Below, piece after piece: positions 25,601 to 39,130 of a stretch of DNA of 64,000 nt. Under the pieces are notes generated by a model that saw only the letters and a program-made list of their open reading frames with translations, ran no database searches and was not told the origin of the DNA. The position numbers were made by a program, and so were the translations under genes. Each line of letters opens with the position of its first letter. Position 1 is the first letter of the stretch. This DNA is from Trichoplax adhaerens (lineage: Eukaryota; Animalia; Placozoa), in contig NW_002060948.1 in NCBI RefSeq assembly GCF_000150275.1, forward strand, positions 1,325,983 to 1,389,982, written 5' to 3'.

Positions 25601-25840
25601 TACTGTCGATATCTGATTTCAACTGTAGTAATCCTCTTTGTTGAATAATGCACATTGCTCAACAATTCAATCTCTGAATCTTGTATACAGAAATGACAAC
25701 GTTGTGCTTGATGTAATGACATCATCATGCTCAATTACTCATCCTTACCGGCTATAGGAGATAAATGGAAGACATAATATTAGTAGTACAAAGATTTCGG
25801 TATATAATACACCAGCAGCAATATTCCACTGCAAGCCCAT
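22682..25840 (-). CDS. BCAP31: B-cell receptor-associated protein 31/29 family ER membrane protein (7 coding exons)
   Basis: MGLQWNIAAGVLYTEIFVLLILCLPFIS, DSIREM, KLHRAQRNYYITGFAL, AAIKQAESAS, LKQQAEGTNREYDRLLSEHSKLQ. Last exon AKVDSDNRYKED* at 22682-22720. Confidence 0.95.
24400..25640. repeat. Degenerate ~140-160 bp tandem array in BCAP31 intron 1
   Basis: Core AAAATAGGATGACTCCAT.ACTGTA.TGTCGATAT.TGATTTCAAC at ~24971, 25121, 25261, 25417, 25576. More decayed copies at ~24530 and 24820. Confidence 0.85.
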
Positions 25841-25929
25841 GGTTAATTAAATACTTTTACGGATATAATCCCAATTTGAGAATCCAAATGGTGGAATGGA
25901 TCGCGATAGAAAGAATATTTGGTCGATAA

Positions 25930-26110
25930 CGTAGTCAGACGAGTTGGCGATGACGCATTGAGAAGTCAATGATCGAAGCGGTGTCGATCGCTATGACGTT
26001 GGAAGAAAAAATGACGCTCTTGCAGTACGACTCAACACAGTCAGTTCGACCCGTATCGGTTGACGATGAATCATCTCATCAGTACTGTATGATGACGTAC
26101 ACCAAAGGTC
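25930..26110. promoter_or_regulatory. BCAP31 proximal promoter with clustered TGACG (CRE/ATF half) sites
   Basis: ATGACG/TTGACG at ~25950, 25993, 26011, 26060, 26092 within ~260 bp upstream of the ATG. Locally CpG-rich. Confidence 0.45.
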
Positions 26111-26154
26111 TGGTGTGTCACAGTCTCACAGATGATGCACTCGTGCTGCTGGTA

Positions 26155-26421
26155 GTACAGTGTACACGTAAGTTACACTCGTATACAGTATACTGTACAC
26201 TGTACCGTACTGTATTGTAGAGTAGTCAATTCATGGTCCGTGATACAGTAGTAGTCATAGTGTCAGTATAGTAGTCTAGTCATAATTTCACTGGCAGCAG
26301 TGCTGTACTGTACAGTGTACAGTACAGCAGCATGACTGGATCGCTCATTGATCACAGTACAGACAGTACTGGCTCTGCCACAGTACAACGTACTGTACAC
26401 TGTACACTGTACTGTACTGTA
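26155..26421. repeat. TA-CWG-TA array upstream of BCAP31
   Basis: TATACAGTATACTGTACACTGTACCGTACTGTA (26182-26214) and further runs at ~26305-26421. Confidence 0.85.
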
Positions 26422-26606
26422 TGGGACTGTGGATCCTTTCAGCCTTGCTCTGCAAACAGCCAAGTTGGTTTCAGTTTCTTCGAAGTGGAAACTAAAGCTG
26501 ATGCGCAAAATACATGACGCTCGAACCCTCGTCACCAGCCCATCAATACTCTAGAGAGGGAAAATATTGCATCAACATCGATTGCGCTATAGGACGACTA
26601 CCAATG

Positions 26607-26990
26607 GATGAGTATTCCACTTCAGAATGTATATAGTCATCACGTAATCTAAAATAAATAGGGTAGACTCGTATTTTAGACGTACAGTGCATGTGCAATC
26701 CTCGGCGTTTTGAACAAATTGCAAGGCTGCCTTGGAAATTATGATGAGTATTCCACTTCGGACAGTACCGTATACTGTACTGTATAGTCATCACGTAATA
26801 TACAACCTATGTAACTTGGCTCTATGTGGCTGAATTTATTCGAAAATTTCCAAATAATTCCGTAACATTAGCATACAGTATAAAATACGATAGATTCGTA
26901 TCTTAGACGTACAGTACATGAATCCTCGGCGTTTTGAACAAATTGCAAAGCTGCCTTGGAAATTATGATGAGTATTCCACTTCGGACAAA
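26607..26990. repeat. Nested direct repeats (GATGAGTATTCCACTTC x3; ~85 bp block x2)
   Basis: GATGAGTATTCCACTTC at 26607, 26743 and ~26967. TTAGACGTACAG...AATCCTCGGCGTTTTGAACAAATTGCAA.GCTGCCTTGGAAATTATG at ~26676 and ~26903. Confidence 0.9.
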
Positions 26991-29900
26991 TTGCAAGGCT
27001 GTGAGGTCTATTATACATACTCGGACGTACAGCACTACTGGATATTAGCCGACTCGTAGTTGATCCAAAATATTTCCTATGCCTTTGAACAAGGGCTACA
27101 AGAGAGATGATTGGAATGGAAAGTTCTACAAATGTCTAGGCTGACTAGTTTGCTGGCCATTTCAACTCTATTGTACGTAACTATTGTGATCGGCAATCGA
27201 AAAGATGGGAGATCATTAAAAATGACTTTGCCCGTTTGCCTTGCTTACATACTGTCCGTATACTGGGTGTCCTTAATTTATAAGTGCAGTCTTTTCACCT
27301 TATATTCAGACCTCCATTTTTTAAATTACGACATGTTCTGTGTGCCGAGTAGATAATAATTAATCTATAGTAAACTCACCGATCATCGGTCTTATTGTAT
27401 TAGAACTAACGCACGTTGTAAAAATGGATGTTATTTGGCAGCATACTTGGATAGACTTTCTACCATATTTGCTAAGTAGAATAAGGCAGTGTCTAACAAG
27501 TATTCCAAGTTGGAAGAATAGGCCTACATTAGCAATTTATTATACCTTATCATCAACATTGCTACTTCTAATGATCAAAAGTAAATACAAGTCTACCTAT
27601 TCTATATTTTTCTACCGCCAAATCATGTCAACACCATCGATGGCCATTTTTACTCTAAATAGATAGTATGCATGAGAGACAAGTAGTTGCACATTTAAAA
27701 CAATGTCTTGAATTGAGTCTGCCGCGTGTGTATAGCTCCTTCTATTAAAATTAACAAATATACGATACTTTATCAAGTCTTTTCTACCCATGTATTGTTA
27801 TTTATTCAGTTTACAACGTAATAAAGTAAACTTAACAAACAATTAGTTTCCAGAGTTCTTCAATGTCGGAACCAATTAATATCAACAATAAAATTTCGAA
27901 TTGGCGAATAGATGTTGTTTGAACAGGTCATCAAAAGGCGTAAAAATACAACAACTATCACAGCAACTATATTGCTATCTTATTTATTTTTATCCGTTTC
28001 GTATTTGTATCGGTAAAGCATCTTAACAAGTTTCGTTGATGAAGAGATCTAGCAACAGATGTCTAGTAGTTATCATGCACATATCATATTACGGCAATAA
28101 TCTTAATGAAACGATGACCATTGTATATCACTAAATCATCAGCAATGAAGCTATAGCTATGACTGCTTCCATGACAATAAACTTATATAATCACTGACTA
28201 CTACCTTGCTATCTTAATAAAATAATCAATTATGATTGCAATATTAAATATTGAACTGAAATGACTTTGTAACTCCTAATCGAAATGTATTAGATTTTAC
28301 TATGTGAAATATCATAGCTTAGACTATAGCCTTAAAGAATGCTAGTTGAATTCGTGGAACAGTTCTGTGGTATTTTAAATAAATTAGTGCAGATACGAGT
28401 TAAGTAATAAAAAAGCGACATTTTACAAGCTACTCTCAGAGTAACTGTTGTGTGAGTCAATACGTAAAGAATTAGATACATAACAAAGTACCCATCAGAT
28501 AGAGATCTATCTCCCATCTCATCATTATAATTATTAATCGAATTAGGTAGTTTCAAAGTTGTATATCGTCAAATAAGGCAATAAATATAAGCAAAGTACC
28601 AACAACCTTTTAAAATAAACTATAAGTAGAAGAGTAAATCGATGATACAGAAAAATACTTGTAGCCAAATAGGTTATAAGCGGAACATGTACAACGTTGT
28701 ACTACTGATTCACAATAGCCTTAATATACTGTATACTGTACAGTATAATGATTTTGCGTAGTTGTTATACGAATTAGAATAAGCTAACTAGGCATGACTA
28801 GAACAAAATAATATCTCAAGCCAACATTGACGTCTAAATTAAGCCTTATTAAGCGCCATTCAACTGGAAGAGAATATGCACCTATAATTATAATAGTTTG
28901 CATTGCTTAATTTGGCGCAATAGTAACGTAGTCATAGTGACATTGACAGGCAGAGAAATACCACTTCCAAGTCTTGTTCAGAAAAGTATTCATGATTTAT
29001 CAATACTATATTAAGTATCTAATATCTAACGATAACATACTCACCATTAACAAAAGTATCAGCATAGAAAAAATTTCATACAAGTAAGAAGTAAAAATGA
29101 GCCGGCATCCAACTTGCTATATAAGCCTAGCAAAATTTGATTCTAACTGGCAAAGAATAGATAACGTCGTTGTGGTAATTAATCGGATTGGCAAGTTATG
29201 AAACACTTAGGTATTAATAATAGTCAACACATAAGAAAAAATCTTATAATTTAAAAAAAGCTAATATCAAACTCTTAGTTGAGTCTTGGTAATCCTTACA
29301 CTAGCGCCCTATATCACTATGTCCCACGGCAAGCGGTTGCATATAAAGCTATAGGTAACTTGCACAGCCATTTTCTAGCAATATCAAAACTTATTAGGCT
29401 AATTTCTGAGCCACGGTATCCTTGATCTAGGCAACTATGTATTCATAGAAACCCACAGCACTACTATAAATATTTAATCTATAAATTACAAGCACCTCGT
29501 ACAACTTGAGAAAAAATATTATTTTGGATCAAGAAATTAAACTAAACGTATCCTTCGGCTTATTTAAGTTCTGATAGCCTTGACCTAGGTAAATAGAAAC
29601 TGGACACTACTACTACTAACATTGGTTTTAACTAAAACTAGTACTGTACGTGTTCGTAGGGTAACTCTGTGCTGTGATTCTTTACGGTTTCAAATCAGGA
29701 CATTGAACTTATAGTTTACCTAGACATCTCGATTTAATAGAGTATTTACTTCATTGATATAAAGTTATAAATAAAATGGTTTTGTTATTTTTACAGACAA
29801 AATATTAATACTAAGCCTAAAGTTTAGTCTAAATATCCCCTGATTAAAATGGAAATGGAAAATTTTTAACCTCTCTAATCTACATTGATTAATCTAAAAT

Positions 29901-31979
29901 TATGGCGTGATTTGAGATGTGATCTTTTACGGTTGAAAGTTTTACTTCATGCAATAGTCTGTGCTTGATTTCTTTAGTTAGATAAATGAAAATGCGTATC
30001 ATCACTAATATGCATGATTAGCTTAAAATGCATACTTAGCTTGTATAAGAATGCCTCGCGATTCAAAAACTACCAGGGATATCTCGATAATAAAATAAGA
30101 GAAACTACCACCAAATTTATCGCTCAGCTTTGGTATACGTAATTTAGATTATATACGCGTAAGCAGCACTACCATCGTACTTTATACGTATTCTGTAATC
30201 TAAATTATAGTATAGCTATGCAAAGCATTTTTTTACCGTTTCTAGAATTAGTACGATATCTAAATTTACAGTTTAGCCTTGGCCGCCATGATTTCCACAG
30301 CTGGATGTGATAGTGTCATTATACTACGTCGGTTAGTCTAAAATTACAGTCTAAAATCGCTTATGATAGCACTTACACTACTAGGTCAAGAGCTTAGTGC
30401 CTCTTAATTATTTGCTTTATAGTATTAAAAACTTTCAGAAGTACTAAATTTATCATACTGGATAGTACTTCAAAATAGCGTCCATCATGTAAGACATGAC
30501 AATAATTTCTTTAGTGGAAAACGATCTTACTATCTAATAGCAACTGACAAATAATTGAATCATAGACATCTTGGAAGTATGAGAAACATGGGAAATTTCA
30601 TTTAATTCCTATTAAAGGAAGTAAGTATTGTAAAGATTCAAAAGCAGCTTCCGATCTTCTTTATAAACAGTATAAATGGTGAACAATCACCATCATATTA
30701 TCATAGTAAATTACCATCAAAACAAGAAAAATCTAAAGACAAAATTTGGGTATTATCATACAGTAAAGTAGATATTACATATTGCATAAATTGATTTTCA
30801 ATAATGAAAGGAATATAATCATAGTGAACAATATTGGAATAATATAGCAAACATCCGACGAATTTATATATCAAGTATTATATTCTAACTGAATCGATGA
30901 GGATGAGCTTGATTAATACAATCTCTTTTGCTCCTACCGATGTATATTAATATAAACTAAAATTTACGTATCGCACTTATCAAAGTAATTTTATGTCACG
31001 ATTGAATTATATTTGTATTCGAAGCTATTTTCCAATAACGAAGTAAAATGTAGAAAGCCACAATTTATGCCTACAGATTCCAAAGGCTAGCTTTTTACTA
31101 TTGGAAATTTAAAGTCTAAATTAATACTAAGCTACGCTTTCAGTCGATATACCTATAAACAAATATTAACGACTGTTTTAAACGGAATGACATCTAGTTA
31201 AAGTCCAAAAGAAATTCAATTATAACCGATTCCTTTTTTCCCTTCTTCATCGTATTAATTTTAGTGCCAATAAATAATAATAAATTAGTCAAATAGTAGC
31301 CAACGGGGCTATTATCAAAGGTTTCGATACTAAAAGTAACATTAAATAAACATAGAAACGGCTAAAAATCAACGATTGTTGGACCTTTCACAATAGGGCC
31401 TAGTTAATGATTGAGCTACCTTAGAAATATTATGTACTATCGCACGATATAAGCATCAAAGTTAACAATTCTTTAACTAGACAAATTTCAATTTATTTAC
31501 TGTGATGGAACAGTTCGTGATGAAAATAGATACAAAAAAATTGAGCGTATTACTTAGCGAAAACGTTTGGAGCTATTTTCAACCCATTTCACTGGAAATC
31601 AATCTAGTGTACGATAGTTTATTTTGGGGCATTTATTACCATAATGAAAGCTTGCCAAGCGGCGTAATAAAACTGTAATATATGTAGATTATAACGTAGG
31701 GATAAAGATGCACAGTATAGTATTTTCTATTATTTTATCATTCAATAGTCCAATTTCACGGTTAACAATAAAATCCGAACTTTAAAATCTTATCCTACTG
31801 TTATAGTCTTAACTTTCAGTTGCCTATTTTTTTTTTATCGCATTTACAATTGGCAGTATTACCATTATTATTTTTCTTTCCCTTGTCTTGATATTTTTGA
31901 AATTCTATTTGTGATTATTCAATCTTTATCAGTTTATCCCACCTACTGATACAAGATATTCTCCTTCTGTTTGGTAAAT

Positions 31980-32990
31980 TTAGCGATAATTTTCTTTCTC
32001 TGTTAATTGGCGGTAGAAATTAGTTCGAACACGTTTTTCATCTGCCCTGTCTTTTTCGTTTCTCCATTGACCTTTTTCTAAATCAGCGCGTCTTTGATCA
32101 TCTTCTTGTAATAACTCACTTAATGCACTAATATATCTCATGGCTAGACGTAACGTTGTCAACTTGGTTAATTTACCATCTTTGGGATAATAAGGTACAA
32201 GACGTCTTAATTCTTCAAAAGCTATATTCATTTTGGACATGCGACTTCGTTCTCGAGCATTGGCTTTTAATCGTCGATATTTTGTCATAGAATGTAATCG
32301 ACCATTGGTAGGATGATGAGAAGGGTTAATGTCTCGATTTTCTTCATTGCCACCAATACAACTGTCGCTATTATTGTGATGCTGTGATTCATGATGGTTA
32401 TTATTAGCACCAGCGCTATGAGTATACTGTGTTGTTGGTGGCTGATGTTGATGATGATGATGCTGATGATGATGATGAAGATGAGATCCTTCGTCTTGTT
32501 GTGATGATAGACGGTGTGGATGTTGTATGTGAGGATGATATAAAGAACTAATAGAATTATGTTGTTGGCGTTGATCTTGATTGATGTCTTCTTGAGAATC
32601 ATGAAGAGGAAGTCCATTAATGCTACGTGGCCTTAAATTATAGCTTACGTTATCTTGATGTAGACTAGTAGAAACCATAGAAGTTGCTGGAGTCGTCACA
32701 ATCATTCTTCCTGTTGCTGGGCTAGTGATATGATGATCAGTAACAGTAGAATGAGTTGTTGATATTTTGGTTACTCCAGCGATGGCTGTTGTTGTACTAC
32801 CATCACTTCTTGTATAAGAGCTTTTATTTGATAAGTAGTGGTCTAAATTTCGATCTTGATCCACTTTGTCAACACTAGCTGATTTAGGATGGCGATGATG
32901 AAGAGTATTACTGTCTTTTATCCCATTGTCAACATGTTTAGCGGCATTTTTCTTTCCTTTAGATGAACTCTTTTCTATCGGTGGCATCAT
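31980..32990 (-). CDS. Intronless group A bHLH transcription factor, atonal superfamily, most like Delilah/taxi; His/Gln-rich N-terminal region
   Basis: 336-aa ORF with b[61 protein letters not shown] and a poly-His tract upstream. Confidence 0.92.
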   Translation of the reverse strand: MMPPIEKSSSKGKKNAAKHVDNGIKDSNTLHHRHPKSASVDKVDQDRNLDHYLSNKSSYTRSDGSTTTAIAGVTKISTTHSTVTDHHITSPATGRMIVTTPATSMVSTSLHQDNVSYNLRPRSINGLPLHDSQEDINQDQRQQHNSISSLYHPHIQHPHRLSSQQDEGSHLHHHHQHHHHQHQPPTTQYTHSAGANNNHHESQHHNNSDSCIGGNEENRDINPSHHPTNGRLHSMTKYRRLKANARERSRMSKMNIAFEELRRLVPYYPKDGKLTKLTTLRLAMRYISALSELLQEDDQRRADLEKGQWRNEKDRADEKRVRTNFYRQLTEKENYR

Positions 32991-35900
32991 GGCGTAAATT
33001 AAAAATTACAACGATACCAGGATCTATTTCAATACTGTGATAGTAATAGCAAATGTTAATCAATAATTTGTATTATCTATGTATCTTGATAAAATTTTGA
33101 ACAGAATGAGTCTTTATCCCTATATGAAATAGATTGAAAGAAGAGGAAATTATTTATCTACAATAAGGAAATTTATAGCCCTCTAAATTGACATCGTCTC
33201 GATCTACTTATAGCCGTAATGTAAAAATAATACAATTCTTTTTTTTATTTACTGCAAAATGATTAATTCAATATTCAATTCTATTTTCGACTTGATGATA
33301 TAATCAATTCTGCATCAACTGGCCGATATATTGTGGCGTATTGAACAGATTTTAAATTGTTCTAGATAACGATCCTGATCTAAATATCAGTCCTTCATGG
33401 TATAGGGCGATAGACAGCTCGAAAGTGAGAATTGATTTACCTCTCTACAGCAACGTTTGTTGTCAACCTGTCGATAATCAATAGCTAACAGCGAATTTTT
33501 TCTTCCTCTTTCCACGATGGATAATAGTTACAGCACGAAGCTAGCGCTATCACTGCTTGAACTACCGATACAATTGGCAGTGAATTGATTGATCAATTTT
33601 TCTTCAAGCGGATCTTTTTTTTCTCTCCTTTTTTAATTTTCTTACTCTCCACTCTGACTCCGTCCAACGATTCCCTTTCTGTGTCTCAATTGCAATAAAG
33701 TGATTCCTTTTTAAACAACTTTTGTTCTACTGATGTTGATATTCTCATCATCAATTACGTGTAACTAATGAAGTAAATCAATAGAGTCATGCTAGTCATG
33801 CTTTTCCTATTCAAATAATAGACAGTAGAAGTAATCGATCGCTTGAGACAGCGTTCAATCAATACCTATTGGGATTTTTCTTTTTTTCTTTCTCTCAAAT
33901 ATCATCCATAATATTATCCATACGAGTATTGTTTCCAGTTCCAGTTAGCCACTCACTATCCAATCCATGCTATAATAAACAATTCAACTTGAAAATTAAA
34001 CAGTAGTAAGTCAATGATTTGCGAACAAAAGTAAGGAATCATCTACATGCCATTTTAAACAAAGAGGAAGGAATATATTGTCAAATGACAATCAATCAAT
34101 CTAGCCAAGTGGATTTGAAATGAGTATTGTTAACGTATTGATTTGATTGATCATTGATATTGGCAAGTGCTAGTTACGCAACCAACGATTCTTATAAGCT
34201 TGCAATAGTTCTCATTCGACAGCTTAACGACAGGCTTTCATACCATCCATCATTCTGTCACTAGCATAAAGACTTTGCATTCAAAAAGTATTGTATTTTC
34301 TTCTTTCTCTCAATCAAGGTTTAGGATTAGATGGAGAACGTAATGGAATTTGACAGATATTGTCTTTCTTGATCGACATGGAGAGGTAGAAAATTGTCAA
34401 AAGAAACAGATAAAAAAAAATTGGAAATCACCTCAATTTTCCCCTGATCTCTACAGCCCTTTTCTACTATGCCATAGTAAAGGATGATATCATCCTCGCC
34501 AAATTCCCTGAAGGCATTTTCCATCATATCCGTTCTCAACCTCAACAATACCATTAATAAAATTAATTTCATCTTTCTCTCTCGACAACTTAATAGAGTA
34601 AAAATGGATCGACTGAAAGAAAAATTAATTTTATTATCAATGATAGTTAATCATCCATTTTCAACGATACATGCATTGATTCTGTAATCAGAATGGAGAA
34701 AAGTAGCTTCTAAATTACGGATATGATGCATAATTCAATTTACGTTAATCTACGGTGTTATTTTTGGCATACTCTAATTGAGAGAAAAAGTATGCCATTC
34801 TATAGGAGTATATCGACTTAAAATAAGGCTTTGATTGATTGTTTCTTCCCCTTCTTTTAGCGAAGAATAATATCAACAGTCATAACGAAAAAGTTGATTT
34901 TTTTCCCACCCTGAATAATTTACAAGTCAACATTGAGATAGTTAAAGTTTGGCGTTTTCCTTCTTTTTTTAATATCAATTCCACGTAATCATCACTCCAA
35001 TTCAAATTATACCGTAATCATCGTCGTGAGTTCAACTCACTAAAGGCCAATAAACATGTATGTCATCATTTTATTTTCATTCCTATTGCAACTGTTGCAA
35101 CTTTCTTCAATATTTATATACCGTCGAATATTCGAAGGATAAAATTAGAATTGAATCAAGCAAGAAATGTCGACAACAGTATTTCATATAACACTCATGA
35201 AGAGTTACTATAGCACGGTATGCGTTTAAAAAGTAATTTTCCTTTTAATAATTTCAAAATATGGGAGAAAAAACGAGAAGAGCATAAGTTTGATTTTAAT
35301 TGAATCATCTTGTCAATTGTTGATGCTCTTTCTGTCGTCATGGATGACATTGAAAATTCAATGATAGACACGCGCAACAGCGTAATGAAGATGGAGATAG
35401 CGAAAGAAAACGATTAAATGATTTATCCTATCGTCTGTCGTGGAAATTTTATTTTTCTTCTTTTAATTGTATATTGATATCATTGTTATTATTATTCTCG
35501 GTAGGTAGCCGTATCTTTGTCCTGATCGACGGCTGTTGTACTCCATGTTATTAGTAGGAGATTTACAGACAGTCGCTATGATTACGCATTGATATTATTT
35601 ATAAACCTTGCAATTCTCTCAGGATCATTATCCTCTTTTCAAATTGATATCCACGCCAATAATTTCTCCATTCTCATCATAATCAAAGAGTTTAAATTAC
35701 TCCTCGACATCATTAATCATATTGCAACAATAGTTTAGAAAGAAAGAAAGAAAAAATGAAAGTTGCTATGCGTAGCCCTTTTCATTCACCCATTCAAAAC
35801 AAGCGTGATGGCCGTTGTATAGGCTATATAGCCACACGATTGTCTTGACTTTAGCAATCATACAATCTCTTCTTTTACGTAACATGTAAATTAATTTAAT

Positions 35901-38224
35901 AAAAGGCGTCGATGCTATAATTATACATGCCGATAGCAAAATCAATCCAACTATACATGTCTATCTACCCAAACACAAACAAATTGCCCAAGGATAAACA
36001 CCTATTGGTTTAGTCTACTTTGAAAGTGAATACAACTCTTCTGTAATCCATGACTATTGATTTGGAAATCAGTCCTATCAAAAATCAATAATTCAAATTG
36101 CTAAAAGGTCAAAGAACAAGTTGATTCATAAGTATTGAGAGCGAAATAACATCATTGATTTCAGTAGACAGCACATAAAATCACTCAACAAATCAATCTT
36201 CCACTAATAACTGGAAAGTGATTAACACAATTTTTTTTCAATGGTGACAAAATGCCTTGATTAACTTGATTATTAATTTCTTTGATTTTATTTTTAAATG
36301 GATCTAGGTAAGAAATCAATGAATAAACAATTGCTCTTAAATTATCTTCAATCTATTTTGTATAAGATCAGTGAAGATGGGGGAGGCTATGGCAATCTAG
36401 TCATTGCGATAGCGCTATTTAGACAAACAATACGACACTCTTAAAAAAACTGTCACTAAAATAGCTGTCAGAAACGATCAATTTTTTATTCTGTATATAT
36501 TAATTAATAATCCTGTTAGATCTGTAATTTCTCTTAAATATCATTTTTTTTCAAGTCATTATAATGTCCTAAACAGAAGTAAAGAAATGAACGAAACACA
36601 AAGCACATCAGTAAACTGACTCTATTCGGAATTAGAAGTCGCCACCAATTTGATCCATTGCCCAGCATCACGTAAACCGTCTCTTTGTTGAACGCTTTTA
36701 ACTTTCGACGACTTAAAGCATAGTCAATTGTCATTTGGCAAGACAGTATAATTAATGAATTGTTCAAAATTATAGAAAAGAAGTGGATTGATTGTTTTAT
36801 GGCTAAGGACCGAATTTGTAATGCTATTAGCCATCACGGCCAATTTAAAATCACCTTGAGGTCATGACGATTTGCAAGAAAATTTACAAGACAATTTATC
36901 TTGTATCAATCAAACTTGATATCCACATCACTATCCCAGATTAGAATCCATTTTACAGTATATGGGAATAAATTTCCTAGTAAAATTAAGCCTATTCTGC
37001 TGTTCTGGCACTTACATGATACTGTAGATCAATTGATTCAAATTTTCCCTAAACTATCGCATTCCATTATCACACTGTGGCTTTAAAGTTGCAACATAAA
37101 TCGGTAATTTTAAGTATCCAACTCATCGCCATACTGCATTTATTAAAATTAAATTAATATTTTCTCTCATTTTGCCAGCGTGTAAAAGGGCTACTAAATA
37201 CTTTCGTAGTCCTTAACTTGGCACACACTAGATCTTTGCTGCGTTAATTAATATTCCTATTCCTCATCATTTAATTAAGCGATGTGTAAAATGACTACGA
37301 AACTCTTCCGTAATCCTTCGCTGCACCTATGGCAGATCTTTCTGCATACGGGAATAAAGATCACAGCACCATTCAATTCATTTTCACTGTTATTGCATAT
37401 ATAGAGTGCTGTAGCATATCTCGAATAGATTAATTTATTTTATTTTTGTTAACTATCGTATAGCATAATCACGATATGGTTTAAAGAATTAATAAACCGG
37501 TAATTCATATATCTAACTACCACGCATAAGGTAAAGAATGATATTACGGTGATCTTTGCAGTTTAAAAATAGAACAAGAAATATTTATCATTATCAGTGC
37601 AATGCTGTTAACTTTAACTGCTATCTGTTTGCTGGACTAATTTCATTACTCTATCATAATATTCAGTGCCTTAATGTAAGTTAGAAAGGCACTACCTCTC
37701 TATCAAATCAGTTTTAGAATATATTTATAAGATTGCAAAATCATCACCAATTCTGCTGAACTTGAATTTTACCTTATAAAATGGTAACATGACTGCAACT
37801 AAAATCGTTACTGCAGTAAATTATCCCTTAGCTAAAGCCTATTTTGTTTCGTACCAGCAATTAAGATATCCCATTATTATAGGGATGGATCTCCATCTAA
37901 ACACAAATTTTAGATTTGATGGCTCTCTCTTCTACTAATTCAATTTTAATTGTAAGTACAACATTCGCGGCACAATCCTTCAGTCAAGTTTAAATTCACA
38001 TTGGTGACCTACTGATATATTAGCAAATCGAAAATACCTGTTTTGATAAGATCTTGATGCAATCTAAAGAATGGACAGCAAACATCTGAAATTTGATGAC
38101 AATGTGATTGAAATAATCCGTCAACATTGATTCCAATCTTAAGAAAAAGCTTAAATTCTAGCATTATAACTAAAGGTTTTACCTTGTCTAACCTAAACCG
38201 ATTTAAAAAAAAAGCGATCTAAGG

Positions 38225-39130
38225 TTTCTTAGGTATGTGCAAATATATCGAATCTATTCTTGATTTACATTTCCTTTCTCATGATATAATTATTAATCAA
38301 TAAGACTCCCAATAGTGAGGTTAGTACTATTGATATAATATCTTTATTTAATATAAATTAATTTGGGTACTTTCTTAAATACGCTAGTAAACCGTAGATT
38401 TATCTAATCTCTCTCGAGCTAGTGTTAGCCTTCTTATTTATACAATTATAACCAACCAATTCTCAGAAAACACTCAAAGTAGTGACATTATTACTAATTC
38501 TATGTACTTATTTAATGTAACTTAGTTTGATGATGGCTTCTTAGGTACACTTGCAAACTTATTTAGTCTTATCCTTGATTTATGCTTTCTCATCACGCGA
38601 TTGCCAATTAATTAATTTTAGAATAATCTCATAACACAGATATAAATTAAATATTAACGGCATCGCCCAATTTATTTGCAATAGTTTTAAGAGTAATGGC
38701 AACTTTCTTAGTTATACTAGCGTACTATGAGATTATTTAATTTTATCATTGGATTATGCTTTCCTTCTTATGATTGATATTTCATGGACTTTTCAAAAAT
38801 ACTCAAACGCGATTATGATATTGTTGCCATTACAATAGTGTCCTGGATCGCAATTGGACCCAGAATTAGTGACAGTCTCCTAGACATCCCAGCAAATTGT
38901 AAATCTGTTTAATAGTTACCTTGACAGATGCTTTCTCCATCATGTAATTAACTATTAATGAATTTCTGAATAGTCAAAACAATAACAACATTATTATGAT
39001 ACCACACTTCTAGAGGGGAATAGGAATTAAAATTAAAAGAAATTTCTTAAGTACGCTGCAGGTTTAATATCGCGCTACTATATCCTTGATTTACGTTTTT
39101 TCTTCATTACCAATGGCCTATCAGAAATTT
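38225..39130. repeat. Highly degenerate ~150-170 bp tandem array
   Basis: Recurring TTCTTAGGTA/TTCTTAAGTA...ATCCTTGATTTA.(G/A)(C/T)TTT blocks at ~38226, 38371, 38538, 38704, 39043. Confidence 0.55.

Noticed and set aside
26263-26554. Overlapping ORFs rich in Y/S/T/V/C/L (also 8146-8388, 25969-26220, 54996-55286)
   Set aside because: Translations of the TACAG/TACTG arrays; no protein-like features or splice support.
26607-26990. CRISPR-like spaced repeat GATGAGTATTCCACTTC x3
   Set aside because: Eukaryotic context, irregular long spacing, spacers are themselves duplicated, no cas genes.
32285-32617. 110-aa Ile-rich ORF
   Set aside because: Alternative frame of the CAT-repeat poly-His region of the bHLH gene.
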